A stretch of 64,000 nt of DNA from Tubiluchus corallicola (lineage: Eukaryota; Animalia; Priapulida). The position numbers were made by a program, and so were the translations under genes. Location of the stretch: the NCBI GenBank assembly GCA_030141605.1, contig JAQGDQ010000550.1, positions 1 through 64,000 on the forward strand, in the 5' to 3' direction. Each line of letters begins with the position of its first letter. Positions within the stretch are counted from its first letter, which is position 1. The notes under the pieces are model-generated. The model was not told where the DNA came from. It did not search any database and saw nothing but the letters and a program-made list of their open reading frames with translations. Positions 12,026 through 25,535 of this stretch are shown here, piece by piece.

Positions 12026-13170
12026 CTAAACACACGTAAGCGCATTTGTACCATTTGACATGCACATCATAACTAAGTATATTTTTAGGTTCAACTGAAA
12101 CCAATCACTTCATCCAGCTGTCAGATTCCAGACGAAATTAATTACAGCAATGTACTGAGTGAGTGCAATGAAAAGGCACTAAGAGTATTGTGTAAATACT
12201 GTAAATCAAAAATGCTTAGATTTTTAGACAATTCATGGCTAGTGGCAGAAATTAAAACTGCAAAAACTGTTAAAAAATGTAGTTTGAAAAATACATGATT
12301 TGATTGGCTCAAATCACATCATGTGACTGGAAGTAACAATAGGTCTTGTAGGTTTTATTTAATTTGCAGCATCAATGACTGAAATTATGAAATTTAAGTG
12401 ATGGAAAACAAATCTTGATTTACATTACAATCTCAATTATTGTATTTCTCATAATTTCAGTCTGGGCACTTCTGTTTGCAGAACAGTTTCATGTAACCAC
12501 TTTCCTCAGGCCTCTTATCTATGGAATAATTCATTGGCAGAAAATAGTTTCGCTGTTAAATACATCTTCCCCCACTTCAACAAGAACATTTTAACAAATA
12601 TCTTCTAGCACTTGCAAAAAACAGTTACCAGATTTCTATTTCCCTAGATCTATATTCATATTTCTGTCTTTTCACTGTATGTAGGCCCTAACCATGAGTG
12701 GTCACTGGCCATGCTTCTAGGCAGTTTGTATAAGTGAAAACAATTGCGAAAAATCTTATCACAGCTTATTATATGCAACATGTGCCACATATTTAAAATA
12801 TCATAACACACAATCAAAGTAGTCATCAACTTACGACAACAATCAGTTCTGACAGACTGGTTACAAGATGAACTGGACACAAGTACATTCGAGCAGTACA
12901 TCGCCACATGCAAGTTGGACTCGTTGAGCATGTGTATGCGCACCAAGTATGACGGTGCCTATAATTAATTTATTGAAACAGATAGCAATTTAAAGTTAAT
13001 TTGTTTAAAAAAAGAAGGAAATATGAGTGATAACTGATTTTGTATAATTAACTAATTAAGTTGCGGTTGGATTGTAAAGTCGGACAGTCGCAAGTTGCAT
13101 AGGTCGTAGGTCAACGACCACCTGTATTTAACTTGAAGAAATTCAGTGTGTGATCTTCGTGTGCACATAC

Positions 13171-13309
13171 CTCATGGGCAAGAAGTTTTTTACTAATCTC
13201 ACTCTGCATTCGAGCGATCTCGTGTAACTCCTTCAGTTCTTTCTGTTTTTTCTTCTGTTTCACTTCTTCCCACTCTTTACTCTCCTTGTCGTGTCGTTCA
13301 GTAAGCACG
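13171..13309 (-). CDS. RASSF8: RASSF7/8 homolog, coding exon 4 (coiled coil)
   Basis: Acceptor TACTTGCAG|C (phase 2) and donor GAG|GTATGT (phase 0). It reads (S)VLTERHDKESKEWEEVKQKKKQKELKELHEIARMQSEISKKLLAHE. Confidence 0.9.
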
Positions 13310-14491
13310 CTGCAAGTACACATTTAGTTTTGAATGTAGAAAATGAAATCTTCACATTATTCTGGAGGGAGATGTGATAATTGTACAGAAAATACGGCAA
13401 AATTGATGGAAATTAATACCTGCTTAAAGATTTGCAAGTTGTAAAATTCGAATGCCCCAACATAATACTATCCTTCTTTGTTGCATGAACTAGTGAAAGC
13501 ATGTCAACTTATTAGTTGTTAGATATGTACTTACATGCAATAATGTAACCAAGAGCTGATTTTACTACTATCTGACCCTATTGAAAATATGAGTTGATAT
13601 CTACTCTATCACAAATTCAGTTCCTACAAATCACAAGCTAGCTACATGTTCACCAAATGTGAATACATTTTAGCTCATCCAAACTGGTACAGACTTCTGC
13701 GGATGTATTTTTCTGGATAACTTCGATGAATAATTCGCATAGTTAAACACAATCGTGCAAAAATTTTGTCGAAACATAAAATCTCTTTACCTGAATGTAT
13801 ATGGACAAAAATTTATCACTTTGTGCAGAAGCATAAGAATGTGAATTTATTGATTTCGATGCATTGCCTTTCAAATGGAAGTTCTCAGTCCGCAATGCAA
13901 TACAAATTATAGTGCCAAGCTCATTTAACGCCCAAATTTTTGGCAAAACAAAACATATGTACTTGCACAGACAGGTATGTATTAACGAAAATAACACCAA
14001 ACTCGCTTAATGACAAATTTGTTGCTGTCCCAAAGTAAGCAGTATAGAGAGGCTTTACTGTAAGTATAAAAATATGTGTTTGTATGGACCTGTCTGGTTT
14101 TGATGGACACGTAGCCTAAAAGGACAGAAAAATCACAATTATTTGGCCTATACAAGGCTAAATGAGGTAAAAAAGATGTAACTTCAAAATTAGGAAACAA
14201 ACGGGCTTTAATCAAAAGTAGTTTAAAATTTGGTATACTCGAACAGGCCAGTTGAAACCAATCAATGTACAATTGTACACGTAACGTTAGCACCCAAAAT
14301 ATCACAATGATGAACTAAATTTCTTGATGCACAATTCATCACATTCAGAAAAGTGAACTCAAAAATTTCCCCATCACATGTCAGAACTTAAAATTTGTCA
14401 GGGTATTCCAGCAAACCTTGTTACCACCTTGAATGTGTTTCAGTATCATAATTCGTTTATATTTATTTCCCTGAATGAAAGCTTTTTGTAC

Positions 14492-14747
14492 CTGATTTTG
14501 TCGTGCACAAGTTTCAACTGACTGTCTATCTTTGACATGTTCGACTGGAGAGTTTCCGTTTCCTCACGTATCACCTTCCCTTCTTGCTCCAAACTTGCTA
14601 CCTGTTCGCTGAGATCGCCGAGGGCCTCAAGCTCATCTATATGATCTTGGTTTTCGTTGCAAACAGAATCAAGTTGCCTAATCTCTCCAGCGATAGCCGA
14701 AAGCTGGTCACGTAGTTCTTTCTCTCGACCTTCCCAATAATGAATCT
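14492..14747 (-). CDS. RASSF8: RASSF7/8 homolog, coding exon 3 (coiled coil); absent from the ORF track
   Basis: Acceptor TATTACAG|AG (phase 1) and donor AG|GTACAA (phase 2). The open heptad-like frame reads (E)IHYWEGREKELRDQLSAIAGEIRQLDSVCNENQDHIDELEALGDLSEQVASLEQEG...LVHDKI. Confidence 0.9.
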
Positions 14748-16976
14748 CTGTAATACGAAAAAACCTGTGAAAGCCTTTGGTTACTATCTGGCATTATAAC
14801 TGGAGCTGCTATAGCTGGGGCTAAGCTAGTCAAAACTTAAAAAAGTATACATACTAAAAAAATTTATAAGTACCCACTTGGGATGCAAACGAAATTACTT
14901 GTATCAGCTTAAAAATGAATGACATACCACACGTACTTTCTTAAAGGAGAGACGAAGCGTTCTGGGAAGTTAGGCTTAGTTCAATGTACATGAAAAATGT
15001 TAGAACAATTTAGTAATAAAAGTGTAATAAGCGCTTCGTGTAATTAGTAAAATCACTTTAAAATCATGGTCATTTCGCAGTTGTGTACCCCCATTTTCAA
15101 TGCCCATTCTTCTTCCAATGACATCATTCATCTAGAAGAAAGAAGCACCCGTCTATTTCTGTCAATGGTATAATAATTTTTTGCAAAAGATTAGATAAGC
15201 TAATTTTGTGATATTTTTGCACAAACATTAGGTAAGCTGCAGACGTCTGAGTTAGCTTAAACAGCGTAAGCTTAAGGAAAGCCACAAAGCACTTATGAAA
15301 AGTCAGGAAACCACCAGTTACATTATAATTTTCAAGCGAATTGCTGCTACCATCGTGCCTGAAAATTTCTATAGTGTGTATAAATTAACCTTATGTTTAA
15401 GTTTAAGTGATAATAGTAAAACAAATCCAACATGCTAAACGATGTCTTCTCCTTTATATAGAAAAAAAATCAAGAGGTGATTCATGAAAAAATGATCTGG
15501 ATTCAGACATGTAACCTGCAGATTAATTATAGTCAAAAAATTCCACGACCATTTTAGTTTCAATTTAGGAACGTAATATTATAAAATAAGCATATTTTTT
15601 GAAAATTGACTGGATAATTTAAATGCTTTTTCGTCAGGCTTATGATGATTGAGGCACAGTTCTAAATCATCCGAAGCAGCCCTCGCCTCAGTGGCGACCA
15701 ATTTGCTGGCTAAACCACCACAGCTAATATCAGAAAAATGCCAAATCCTTAAACAGTATGAAATTTAGTGTAAATATTGGAATATTTCCTTGAATAATGA
15801 GCTTGTAAAATATAAGGTGTGCAGGAACCAGTTGAAACTCAAGATAAATTGTTTTGCCAAGCCTAGGTTAAAAACACAAAAAACACTAGTTTTACAAAAC
15901 TAACAACTCATTATATTTGCCATGCAAAAGCTGTCATATTTTCAGCTAACATTTCAGCTAAAATATCTGCTAACATCTGGTAACATTTCTCTAGAATCAT
16001 AGAATTTTACAACGTTTTATATAATTCTCCACAGATACTATAAGTAAATCAAAATGTAAAGGAGAGATTTGTAAAACTATGCCTAACACGTGCAGAAATG
16101 ACTTAGTCGCATTAAGCTTTGCAAAGCAACTCCTAACACTGAGTTACTTGTTATATGTTATATGCAAAGCCCATGGATTTAGTGCTTAAACTTTAAAAAT
16201 TGTTGACAATATATAATCTCAAGTGCTGTATTTTACTAACTGTACTAACTACTTTAGCAGGTCACTTGCACTGCTTACAAAAATTCTTATCATTAGACTC
16301 ATAGAATAGCAAGGAAAAATCTAGATTTGCCAACCAAGGCGTCCTGGAAATGCAACTGGAATAATCTGCTAATCTAATGGATTCCTGCTAATCTAATGAT
16401 TACATTCAGTAAAATGTTAAAATCAATTAACTACCAAGTAATAACCTCTCCAGCGTGCCAGAGAATAAAGAGAAAACAACAAAAAAGTACAGATTATCTT
16501 CACTAGAAGGCTAACGAAAAAATATTGCTTTTCAATAGTTTACCAGTAGTTTTCAAATTTTTGTTACATGTTACTGTCAACATAAGATGTTAAAGTAAAA
16601 AGACTAAACTATTAACATAACGAAAATCATAGACGGATTCATGGATGGTAAAGTCTCATTTTTTCTTACGAAAAACAACGAACAGATACTTCAAAATCCA
16701 TTGCGGTTTCATCATCAGTGTTATATAGGCCAGTGTTATGTTAATCGCCTACATAACACAGATGATGAAACCCACAAAGGATCTCGAAATATCTATTTTT
16801 TGTTTTTTAGCATCCATGAATCCGTCTATGATTTTTGTTATGTTGATATTTTCAATAATGGATGCAAAATCGTTTAAGACATTAAACTATCGAGCTATTT
16901 GGATGTCACGTGTTACGTCTAGAGTGTAATTTAAATAAAAAAGAGTAGAGTAGTTAAGTATTTTTAACTATTTTAC

Positions 16977-17674
16977 CTGTATCACTAGCATTAATTTGTG
17001 ATGTCTGCTCGCTTATCCTCTGTTGTTGTAAATGCACCAGTTTTATTAGATCATTATATCTCATATTATCCGCCACTTTTTTCCTAAATTCTTCCTCTCT
17101 GGAGTCCAACTGTGGCTCTGGATTCGGGGCGGGTGCATCCTGCCCCTCGGGAAAGTTATCCCGATCACGTTCGGGCAGATCGCTCGGCACCGGACTAGAA
17201 CTATCGACTGTGTCCTCGTTCACAATATTTAAAGCTGCCTTGAAAGAGTCAGTTCTTCTTGGCCCGTAATGCCGGACCTGATTGTATGAGACAAGGACTG
17301 GATGCTGATGTGGCACATTAGAATCACTATCGCAGACATTGCCGTAACTTTCATTGTCGCTGAAGGCGTGGCTCTCCAGTTCCTGCCGCCAGTGACCACT
17401 ATATCCTTCACTATCACTCATCGCTTTACTGGCCTCGTCCTGGTTGTAGCCCCGCTGTCGATGCTTCCGGTGAGGATAGCGGTTGTGATGACTCGGACTT
17501 GGTTTTGATACAGGTGGTTCATCTTCCTCTCGCAGAGGGTCGTTAGAGTCGAATGATTTGGCACCACGGGTGTGTTCAAGCCATCGGGCACGGGGCGAAC
17601 TCGTGCTCATCAGTTCCGTGTCGCTGCTCACATTGGTTTGATGATGCGGAGTTCGCACCCACGGCAGTTCGTAC
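16977..17674 (-). CDS. RASSF8: RASSF7/8 homolog, coding exon 2 (disordered linker and start of coiled coil)
   Basis: Acceptor TTTTCTCTTTAG|G (phase 2) and donor ACAG|GTAAAA (phase 1). It overlaps ORF 16954..17658 and ends with DLIKLVHLQQQRISEQTSQINASDT. Confidence 0.9.
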
Positions 17675-19969
17675 CTAAAGAGAAAATCAACAAAAATTAG
17701 CTTTTCCTTTTAACTGACTTGTCCATCACGCCATTTATTCATTCAGATTCTCGGAAGATGAAATTTTTTATAATCCGTCATTTGCATTTAGACATCATAT
17801 TAATAAGCACCTTAAACTTTTAAATTAAAAATACAACTGCGTTCATGGTATCAAATCTTCAGCAAAGCATTTTACTGACACTCAGAATGTATACAAGTTA
17901 AAACAACGTCAGCAGTCACCGCTTTGGCTATACATTTTACTGATAATCAGGGTGTATACAAGTTAATACAAGGAGAACCAGTGACCGTTATGGCTAGGTA
18001 CAATGAAATAATGATCAAGACTTAAACTCTAATCAGCAGTGCTTAGAATTTATAACCCGGTTTGCAACCACGTTATCTGGAACCACATGAAATTTCACTA
18101 AGCAAGCTAAATCTTGAGCGCTTCATCAAAAAATTACATGCTGAAAAACTTGATCAACGGCAAAGGCTCTCCTATAGATCTACCATAAAAATTGACACAC
18201 CTTTTGTACATTGCAAACTGTGCACTGATAACCTTGTTGGCTGATGAACTCTAAAATAAAGAAGCCAGAATACAACTTGATCGCGGCACAGCTGAGTAAA
18301 CTCAGCATCAACTGAGCATGGCTTCATGACATTTCACTATAGATACGCCCAGCTTTCAACAGGACTTCGAATGTGGAATTGCAAACACCACAATATCGAC
18401 TCCTGTAACCATCCAGAAATTGTAGTTGCTGTACTTAGGCGAATTTACAAGAAAAACAAAAAGCGCTTGTCACGTGACGTCTAACTGGTAGGCGTACTGC
18501 CGCTATGTAGCTTGTGTTTTCTGGCTTCATCTGCGGTTTAGGTCTGTTTGTTTTGTTTGACTTCAGAGTATCAATAAATCACTCAGAATGAAGACAAATG
18601 AACGATTTGTATATCCATAAAAAAGTTTGATACCGAAAGCCGACGTTCTGTTTACACACGATATTTTCAAAGCGGTACATGATATAGTTGCATTACCACC
18701 TACAAAATCAAGCATACTTTGGGATCGTAGGGCCTAACTGAATCTAAAATCCAGGTGAATCGAGTTAACGCAGGCATTGGTAGCAATGAATCATTTTTTT
18801 GCTATGTGCAACTAATAAGTCGACAAATTCTTCGACGTAACCTCAATTGACTTAAGAGAAATATCAACAATAGACACCTTCTATAGCTAACAAATTAGAT
18901 TTATAAATTCAATTTCTCTGGATATGTATTTGCATTTAAAGCTTACTATTGCAGCCCCTTACCCAGAGTGACATTTGCTTTGTTTGGGGCTACTTGTATA
19001 GAGAATGTGTTCATACAACGTGTCTCAAATATTGGTATGACTTGTGTCGGAAATTTAATAACAAGTATATATAGATGTGTGAGTCTGTGTATGTGTTAGC
19101 ATTTGGCAGCTCTGGAAAAAATAAAATAGAGTAGTTTTCCACAAAAAAATTTTGCACAAAATCCGGTCAATTTGTTGCAGAATTAAAGACAGGGATGTGA
19201 TTAAGAAAGGCCTCAGTAAAACACCAACATCTACTTCTGATGTCAAAAGTAAAAGCAACAAAAACAACGATAACGAAGATGACAACAACAACAACAACGA
19301 GAAAAGAATGCAAAGCCAGAATTTGAGAATCAAGTCATTAAAGCTCTTGTTTTAATGAGATGCTCGTATTCTCGTGACACCGAAATTGCATCCTCAAAGC
19401 ACTAGTTCATGCAGTTAGTTAAATTTGCAGACCATCCATTAGATGTCAGCACAATGCAAAGCACACTGATACACTCCTGTGTGCTGGAAGGCATGCTTAC
19501 AAGGGGTTTATTTATTGCCTTTCTTCAATTTTAAACTCGACTATTCACATTTTCAAGCCTGTCAATTTTTGAAAAGAACGTAAGATAATGTATGGCAAGT
19601 TACGGCAAAGCATTTTGGAAGAAAGTTTATCAAAAACTTTGCTCTGGACTGACAAGAATCGGCCTTAATTTAAATGTCAGTTTATTCAGCTCAAATGAAT
19701 TGGTAATTGTTCAATGAAGAGACTATAGAACCTTAAGCTGCCATGTTTTTAAAACCATTTGTATTTGCTCAACATTAGCAGGTCAAATAACTGCAAATGG
19801 ATAAATTTACTCCTTTGTGTTCTGGTTTTTGCCAGCGATGGAATGTGTAATTTGTAAACAGTGACCTAGAAAAATTGAATGGAAAAATATTGGAGCAGAA
19901 AGAAAAAAGTATTGCTGGCTCATGTTACATGCAACACCAAAGTTAGAATTAATTAACGTCTGCATTTAC

Positions 19970-20604
19970 CTGGGACGATTCCGACTGGAGGGCAACTGCT
20001 CGTGAGGCCACTTCTTCAAGACGTCTTTAGGTAGCGACCGTCGAAATCCTTGATCCCTGCTGCCGACGCCCGATCCCCTCATGACATCCAGTCCCTGACT
20101 TTGACCGGGGTCCCCATATCGGGCATCGTTTGACCGACCCGATTCACTGCAGTCACTCGGTGGTGGCGACTGCAGATGGTTATTGTCTCTTGAACCGGGT
20201 TTTGAAGCAATGTCACTAGGAGGTGATACTACTCTACCATGCACTCCACTAAAAGTGGTGTTTTTTCTAATACTGGAATCCCGCCCACTGGCCCGCTCTC
20301 TATAAGGTGGAGAGAAGTTATGCAACAGCGTATTTTGCGCAGAAGGAGACCTCGTCTGACTGTCCGACTTTCTAAGAACAAATTGCACTTCGTTAGCATA
20401 TTCCCCCCACTTAGAAAGTGTCTGGCAAGGTTGATCAGAAGGGGACATTAGACGTTCGTTATCTCTCCATCGTTCCAAAAGCACAAAGCGTCCAGTTTTG
20501 CCCGTAGCGTGAGCCAAAGCAATGACCACATCTTGACAAGTGGTTTTCTCTGTTACACCACATATTATGCGCTGTATGCCGTCCACCCAGACTTTCAGCT
20601 CCAT
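19970..20604 (-). CDS. RASSF8: RASSF7/8 homolog, coding exon 1 (N-terminal Ras-association domain)
   Basis: MELKVWVDGIQRIICGVTEKTTCQDVVIALAHATGKTGRFVLLERWRDNERLM...WGEYANEVQFVLR is the diagnostic N-RASSF (RASSF7/8) RA domain. A strong acceptor, TTTCTTTTTTCTTACAG|AAG ATG, starts the exon at 20607. Donor AG|GTAAAT is phase 2. The six exons total 2007 nt (668 aa plus stop). Confidence 0.95.
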
Positions 20605-21061
20605 CTTCTGTAAGAAAAAAGAAACAAAGACTTGAGTTCTACCAACACATCAACTTACAAGCATTCTAGTCAATATCTTCCATGGCTTCTAAAAAGAGGG
20701 CGCAGTATTACATATGACCAGAGCCTATGGAGCCCCCAGATTAGTAGTTTTACTGGTTTTACACGAGACATACACTTTTATGGTGAAAAGTCCTACGTTG
20801 TTCTGGTTGTTGCAAAATCTAATATTTTTTCCAAACAGTTTGTAGTTTTGCCTTGTTTGTAAAGTGTGCAATTATTATCATACAGGTACTGTAACGATAC
20901 TAAGGATTTTATTCTTGGACAAATATTTAATTACATGTAAGAGGCACCCTCTAACAATCACATGTTTATTGAACGTAGAGATCGTTTCGACTGTAAGAGT
21001 CATTAATGATGTTAAAATATTAAGGTATAAAATGTCATTAATCTCACTCAAAATATACAGC

Positions 21062-21064
<3 letters not shown>

Positions 21065-21123
<59 letters not shown>
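21065..21123. repeat. (AT)n microsatellite
   Basis: Perfect dinucleotide run. Confidence 0.95.
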
Positions 21124-21126
<3 letters not shown>

Positions 21127-21800
21127 GCATCAATCAGCGTACAAATGCTGCTATGATACTAAGGATTTTGTTTTTGAACAAATATTTAATTGTATATTGG
21201 AGCATCATTTATCATGTGTGATCGGACGTCTAAGGTTGATTCGTGACGGAATACAGATTTCAATCATTAAAGACTAATTAAGGTTGAAAATTAAATCTGC
21301 ATATTACCCTAGAGGCAAATAAATTTACCAAGGCGTCAAAGATAAGACAAAATAGAAGGTCTTGTCAAAATCTGTACTTAATACGAATTCCTAGGTCGCG
21401 CATTGCCAACGGCCAAATAATTATGAAGAAACTAGAACATTCTAAGGTTTGCCACATTGCCCACGTACACCAACAATACAAAATAGTACGTTTCATATAA
21501 TAGTAAGCTGTAGGTTAAACGCAAACACTTATTAATCATTACCGCTGACAGCTCTGTAAGTAATCAAAAAGGTATTTAAGGTCAATTTCATTGAAATGGT
21601 TGAAAAGGGGAATAAATCAACTGAAAAATAACGGAAAAGACGCCAGATTCTGCAAGACCAGAACTCTAGCATGTAGAGTTTTTTTTAAAAACTATTAAAT
21701 AATTAGTAAACTAAACATTAACACTTCTCAACCCATATTTTAAATAGACATGACACAAACTCATCCATGTGCACAGTGTCACGTGAAACAAGCACCACTG

Positions 21801-22225
21801 TAAGGATAGGCGATTCTGAAATTTTGCAATTCGATTATAATCTTGTTCTTGTAATTCGATATCACGATTAATCTTTTGTGACGATTTTCAGTGTTTTGGC
21901 CATATTTTTCAGTTATTTGCAGTGAAATATAACCTATAGCTTATTCAAACCTTCCTCCTGCTATTTTCCTATTCAGAAACTATTTTTACCGGCACATACC
22001 TGCTTTTTCGTTAATTACTCTATGACCACATCACTACACGCGTCACATGTCAACGAATTTGGATCCCACAGTTTGCAACATTGTGGTTCACAATTGTGTA
22101 CATTGTGGAAAATGAGAAAAATGAAGGTCTCGATTAACTGAATTACTGTTCGACGTCGAATAAATCGATTTATACATGGCTGTAACCGCGATTAATTCGA
22201 TTAATCTATTAATCGCCCATCACTT
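21801..22225. mobile_element. hAT-like non-autonomous DNA transposon (425 bp)
   Basis: Imperfect 15-bp TIRs TAAGGATAGGCGATT and AATCGCCCATCACTT (11/15). Multiple subterminal CGATT/AATCG motifs occur at both ends. The 8-bp flanks CACCACTG/GACCATTG (6/8) fit a decayed TSD. Confidence 0.65.
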
Positions 22226-25200
22226 GACCATTGGTTAGCAAACATTCATTTTTCATGAGGCGGCTTTTTCTCCCCACGGCTTACGCCTTACGGATTACAA
22301 CTCTGTGTGACCCAGGCCTAACACGTAAAATTTTCTTTAGCAACTATTAAGTAATCAGTAAACACTAATACTTTCGATTTATATATTTTATAGGCATGAC
22401 ACAAACTGACCCATTTCAATGTGCAAGTGTCACTTGAAATACAAAATTGTTTCAAAACAAATTAAGTTTTAATGGTTACCGCCTAGTTAAGCAAATGATT
22501 CGCCTTGTTAAAGCGAGTCACACACAAGTTACTTTATGATTGATCGCTTAATTCACACGCACGTATACTTTGAGCATAAAATTCATTGAGAATTCGAGGT
22601 CAGGGTGCAACCTCATATCAAATATTTGATCTAATCTAGATTAGTTTAATTTTACGAGCAATCGAGCATAAATCGATGATGTATGAACAGAACACACGTG
22701 ACAGAAGGCCACACAGTCAAGGGGGTGGGGTGGTTTGGTACGACTGCATGCAGGGCACATCTGAGAGTGAATTAAGAATATAACGAAATTATGCACATAT
22801 AGATGGCCAGGAAGCAGGCTGTTTCATCCCATGGTTCGTTAACTCATGATTTTAACCTTGAAAATCATTTAACTGTGTATATTTGTGCAAAGCCTGAAGA
22901 ATGCTTCTCTTTCAACTTTTTCTCGTTTATCTCAACTCCGATTTTCACTCAACTTTATTGGAGTTGCTGTTCTACTCATCTGTAAATTAATCACAGACGA
23001 GTTTGGCCTAGAAATTTTCTCACAGGTTGTTTTTTTACAAACTGAAACACAACAAACGCAAATGATAATTTCAAGTTATATACCAGCATAATTACTGTGT
23101 AATCAAATGTTGTAAAAACCGACACTTGCAATTAAACATAATTTGCTGAAAATGAATGATTGTTTGCCAATAGGCAACTCATTGACAGTCTATCACAATA
23201 CATTATAATTTTAGACCGCACAAATGTGGAATTGTGCTTGTAAAGGAGGGCAAAAAATGTACTAAAAACATAGAGCAACAAATTACAAAATAAGCTCATA
23301 ATTTCTCAATTAGTTTTATCAAGCAGTTTGTAACTTTGTGTAGAATATGTACAAAGTATAATTGCTTGTCGCTCTGAAAAAAATTTGTGACACGTCATGC
23401 GAAAGGGGACGGGGGAGGGACGGTCAAATGACTACCGGATAATAGACCACTGCCCAAGGAACCACCGGACAAGTGGTCAGGGGACGAGCACGGACAAGGA
23501 TCACTGGTCTTTGACCAAATTTGACCTACAGCAAAGAGATCATATATATACACAAATTTATGGTCTGTATTTCTAGGTGTTGACAATAAGTTATAGATAG
23601 ATTTTTCAGATTACTAATGTTTTGTCTGTTCCTTTTTGATGTCAATAAGCACACAAGTTCCCGTCTCATTGTTCCTCGTTTTAACTTCTCAAGTGAATTT
23701 TGATATTACTACTCTCCGCTAGGAATACTGCACGTAAGAATACATTCACACGATTTTGCAATTTTACACACAGTTTAGCTAGTAACTGTAGCGAACATCC
23801 TCCATTAATCTTCGCAGCAACACCCCCCCCCCCCCCCCGAACAGTGAACTCTTCAGTTGATTGTGAACATATGCCCGACATATTGGACATTAAACGAGCC
23901 TAATTTTATCAAAAGTGGGTAAAAGAGTGAAATGAATAATTAAATTATCTACAGAATAAACTTGAAGCACAGCGGGGCGAACATAGCTTGTTGCTCCAAT
24001 GGAAAAATTTCTTTGTTTATACTGCCTGTGATGAAGTTGTATAAGAAACTGACAAGGGCTACGACGAATCAAAAGTAATTATTCTGCTCTTAGAAGTTGG
24101 AGTTGGAATAGCAGTTTTTGACACACTGTTTGTTAAAGGCAAGGGTATTTTCAAAATATGTACGGTATTCTAATAACTGTTGTAACAGCCGAATCTCATT
24201 TATTTCAAAAAACTTTCCACGTCGTGGTTTACAAACGCTTGCATTTCCTTGTCTTGTTGGTCGCTGTTAAATTTAACTTTTGGGAAATTTTCGGTTTCTC
24301 GGTTCGAAGCGCGCAAAACAATTAGCGTTGGAAATCCAAAAACTGCGAGTCAAAATAAACACTTGCGCTCGGGAGGTAATTTGCACGTGCATTTGAGCAC
24401 ATCAAAGTCAGAAAAAGTCGAATCTTGGGCTCACTGAAGTCAAAAGCTCCTTGACATTCAGCTCTAGAGCCACGTTATAAAAAGACTTGGACCGGGTAAG
24501 CGTGTAAAAATGACTGAATTTCTAGAAATGATGTTTCCCCGGACACTTTTGTGGAGAGAACTTCCACCTCTAAATCACTTTATCACTAGCATTACATTTG
24601 CCACCCATTCCCACTAATTATTGTTCACATATCACCGTGCAATGTCGTGAGTGCACTTGACAAACTTGGGACCGCAGCAACCTAACTTAGTCGGACTTTT
24701 TACAAACTTTTTTATTATACAGGCATTAGAGAATGTTTAGAAAAACTTTAAAAAAATAGCAGCTAACGGTGAAAGAAATTAAATTACATCCACTGTTAAT
24801 AACTGTTTAAATTTTTGATAAAAAACGCCTACAAACTCAGTAATTTTTTGGACAATCCGTCGCACACTTGTGTATCTAAACTAGTCTTGACAGTGCCTGC
24901 CCCCAATATCATTACAAGGCGTTATTGGCAAAGTGCCAAAACTGCCAGCAGGAGAGACAGACATAAAGGTCGAGGTTTTATAACGCTTTATAATAAGAAC
25001 GAGGAAAACCTGACAGATGCCGAGGCGCCGAGCAGTTATAATTCTGGTAATATACCACACGTAAACTTATGTGTAAAATACTTACATCCATTTCTATGCA
25101 TAAAAATAAGTATGGAGCCAAACTGCAGTGAACAATTACTAACGATGTACATGTAGTTACCCGTAATTTACAAAGGACGCTCAGCAAACAGGGCTATCTA

Positions 25201-25344
25201 TATAGTGCAGATGGTACACATTTAAAGTACATATCTGTGTGTAAGATATTTAGGAAGATTTTCAACATTATTCGTAAATCAACTTCAGAATCACGAACGA
25301 GTGAGCATCACACATTTAGAGCGGTTGGCACACTGATCTTTGGT

Positions 25345-25535
25345 TCGTTTATTGTTGTGTTCTGTTTTCAGCACTGTTCCCTATTTAGAAAGCTCTTGTA
25401 CTCTATTTTTACTGCTGTTCCCTATTGGAAAGGCTACTAGTACTGTTCCATGTTTGGAAATCAGTTGCGTTCTGTTTGTAGCACTGTTCTCAATACGGTT
25501 AATCTGTTGAGTTCTGGAATTAGTGCTGTTCCCTA
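25345..25535. repeat. Degenerate ~42-bp minisatellite, about 4-5 copies
   Basis: Minus-strand units begin G(G/A)GAACAG(C/T): GGGAACAGCACTAATTCCAGAACTCAACAG..., GAGAACAGTGCTACAAACAGAACGCAACTG..., GGGAACAGCAGTAAAAATAGAGTACAAGAG... and GGGAACAGTGCTGAAAACAGAACACAAC. Confidence 0.65.
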
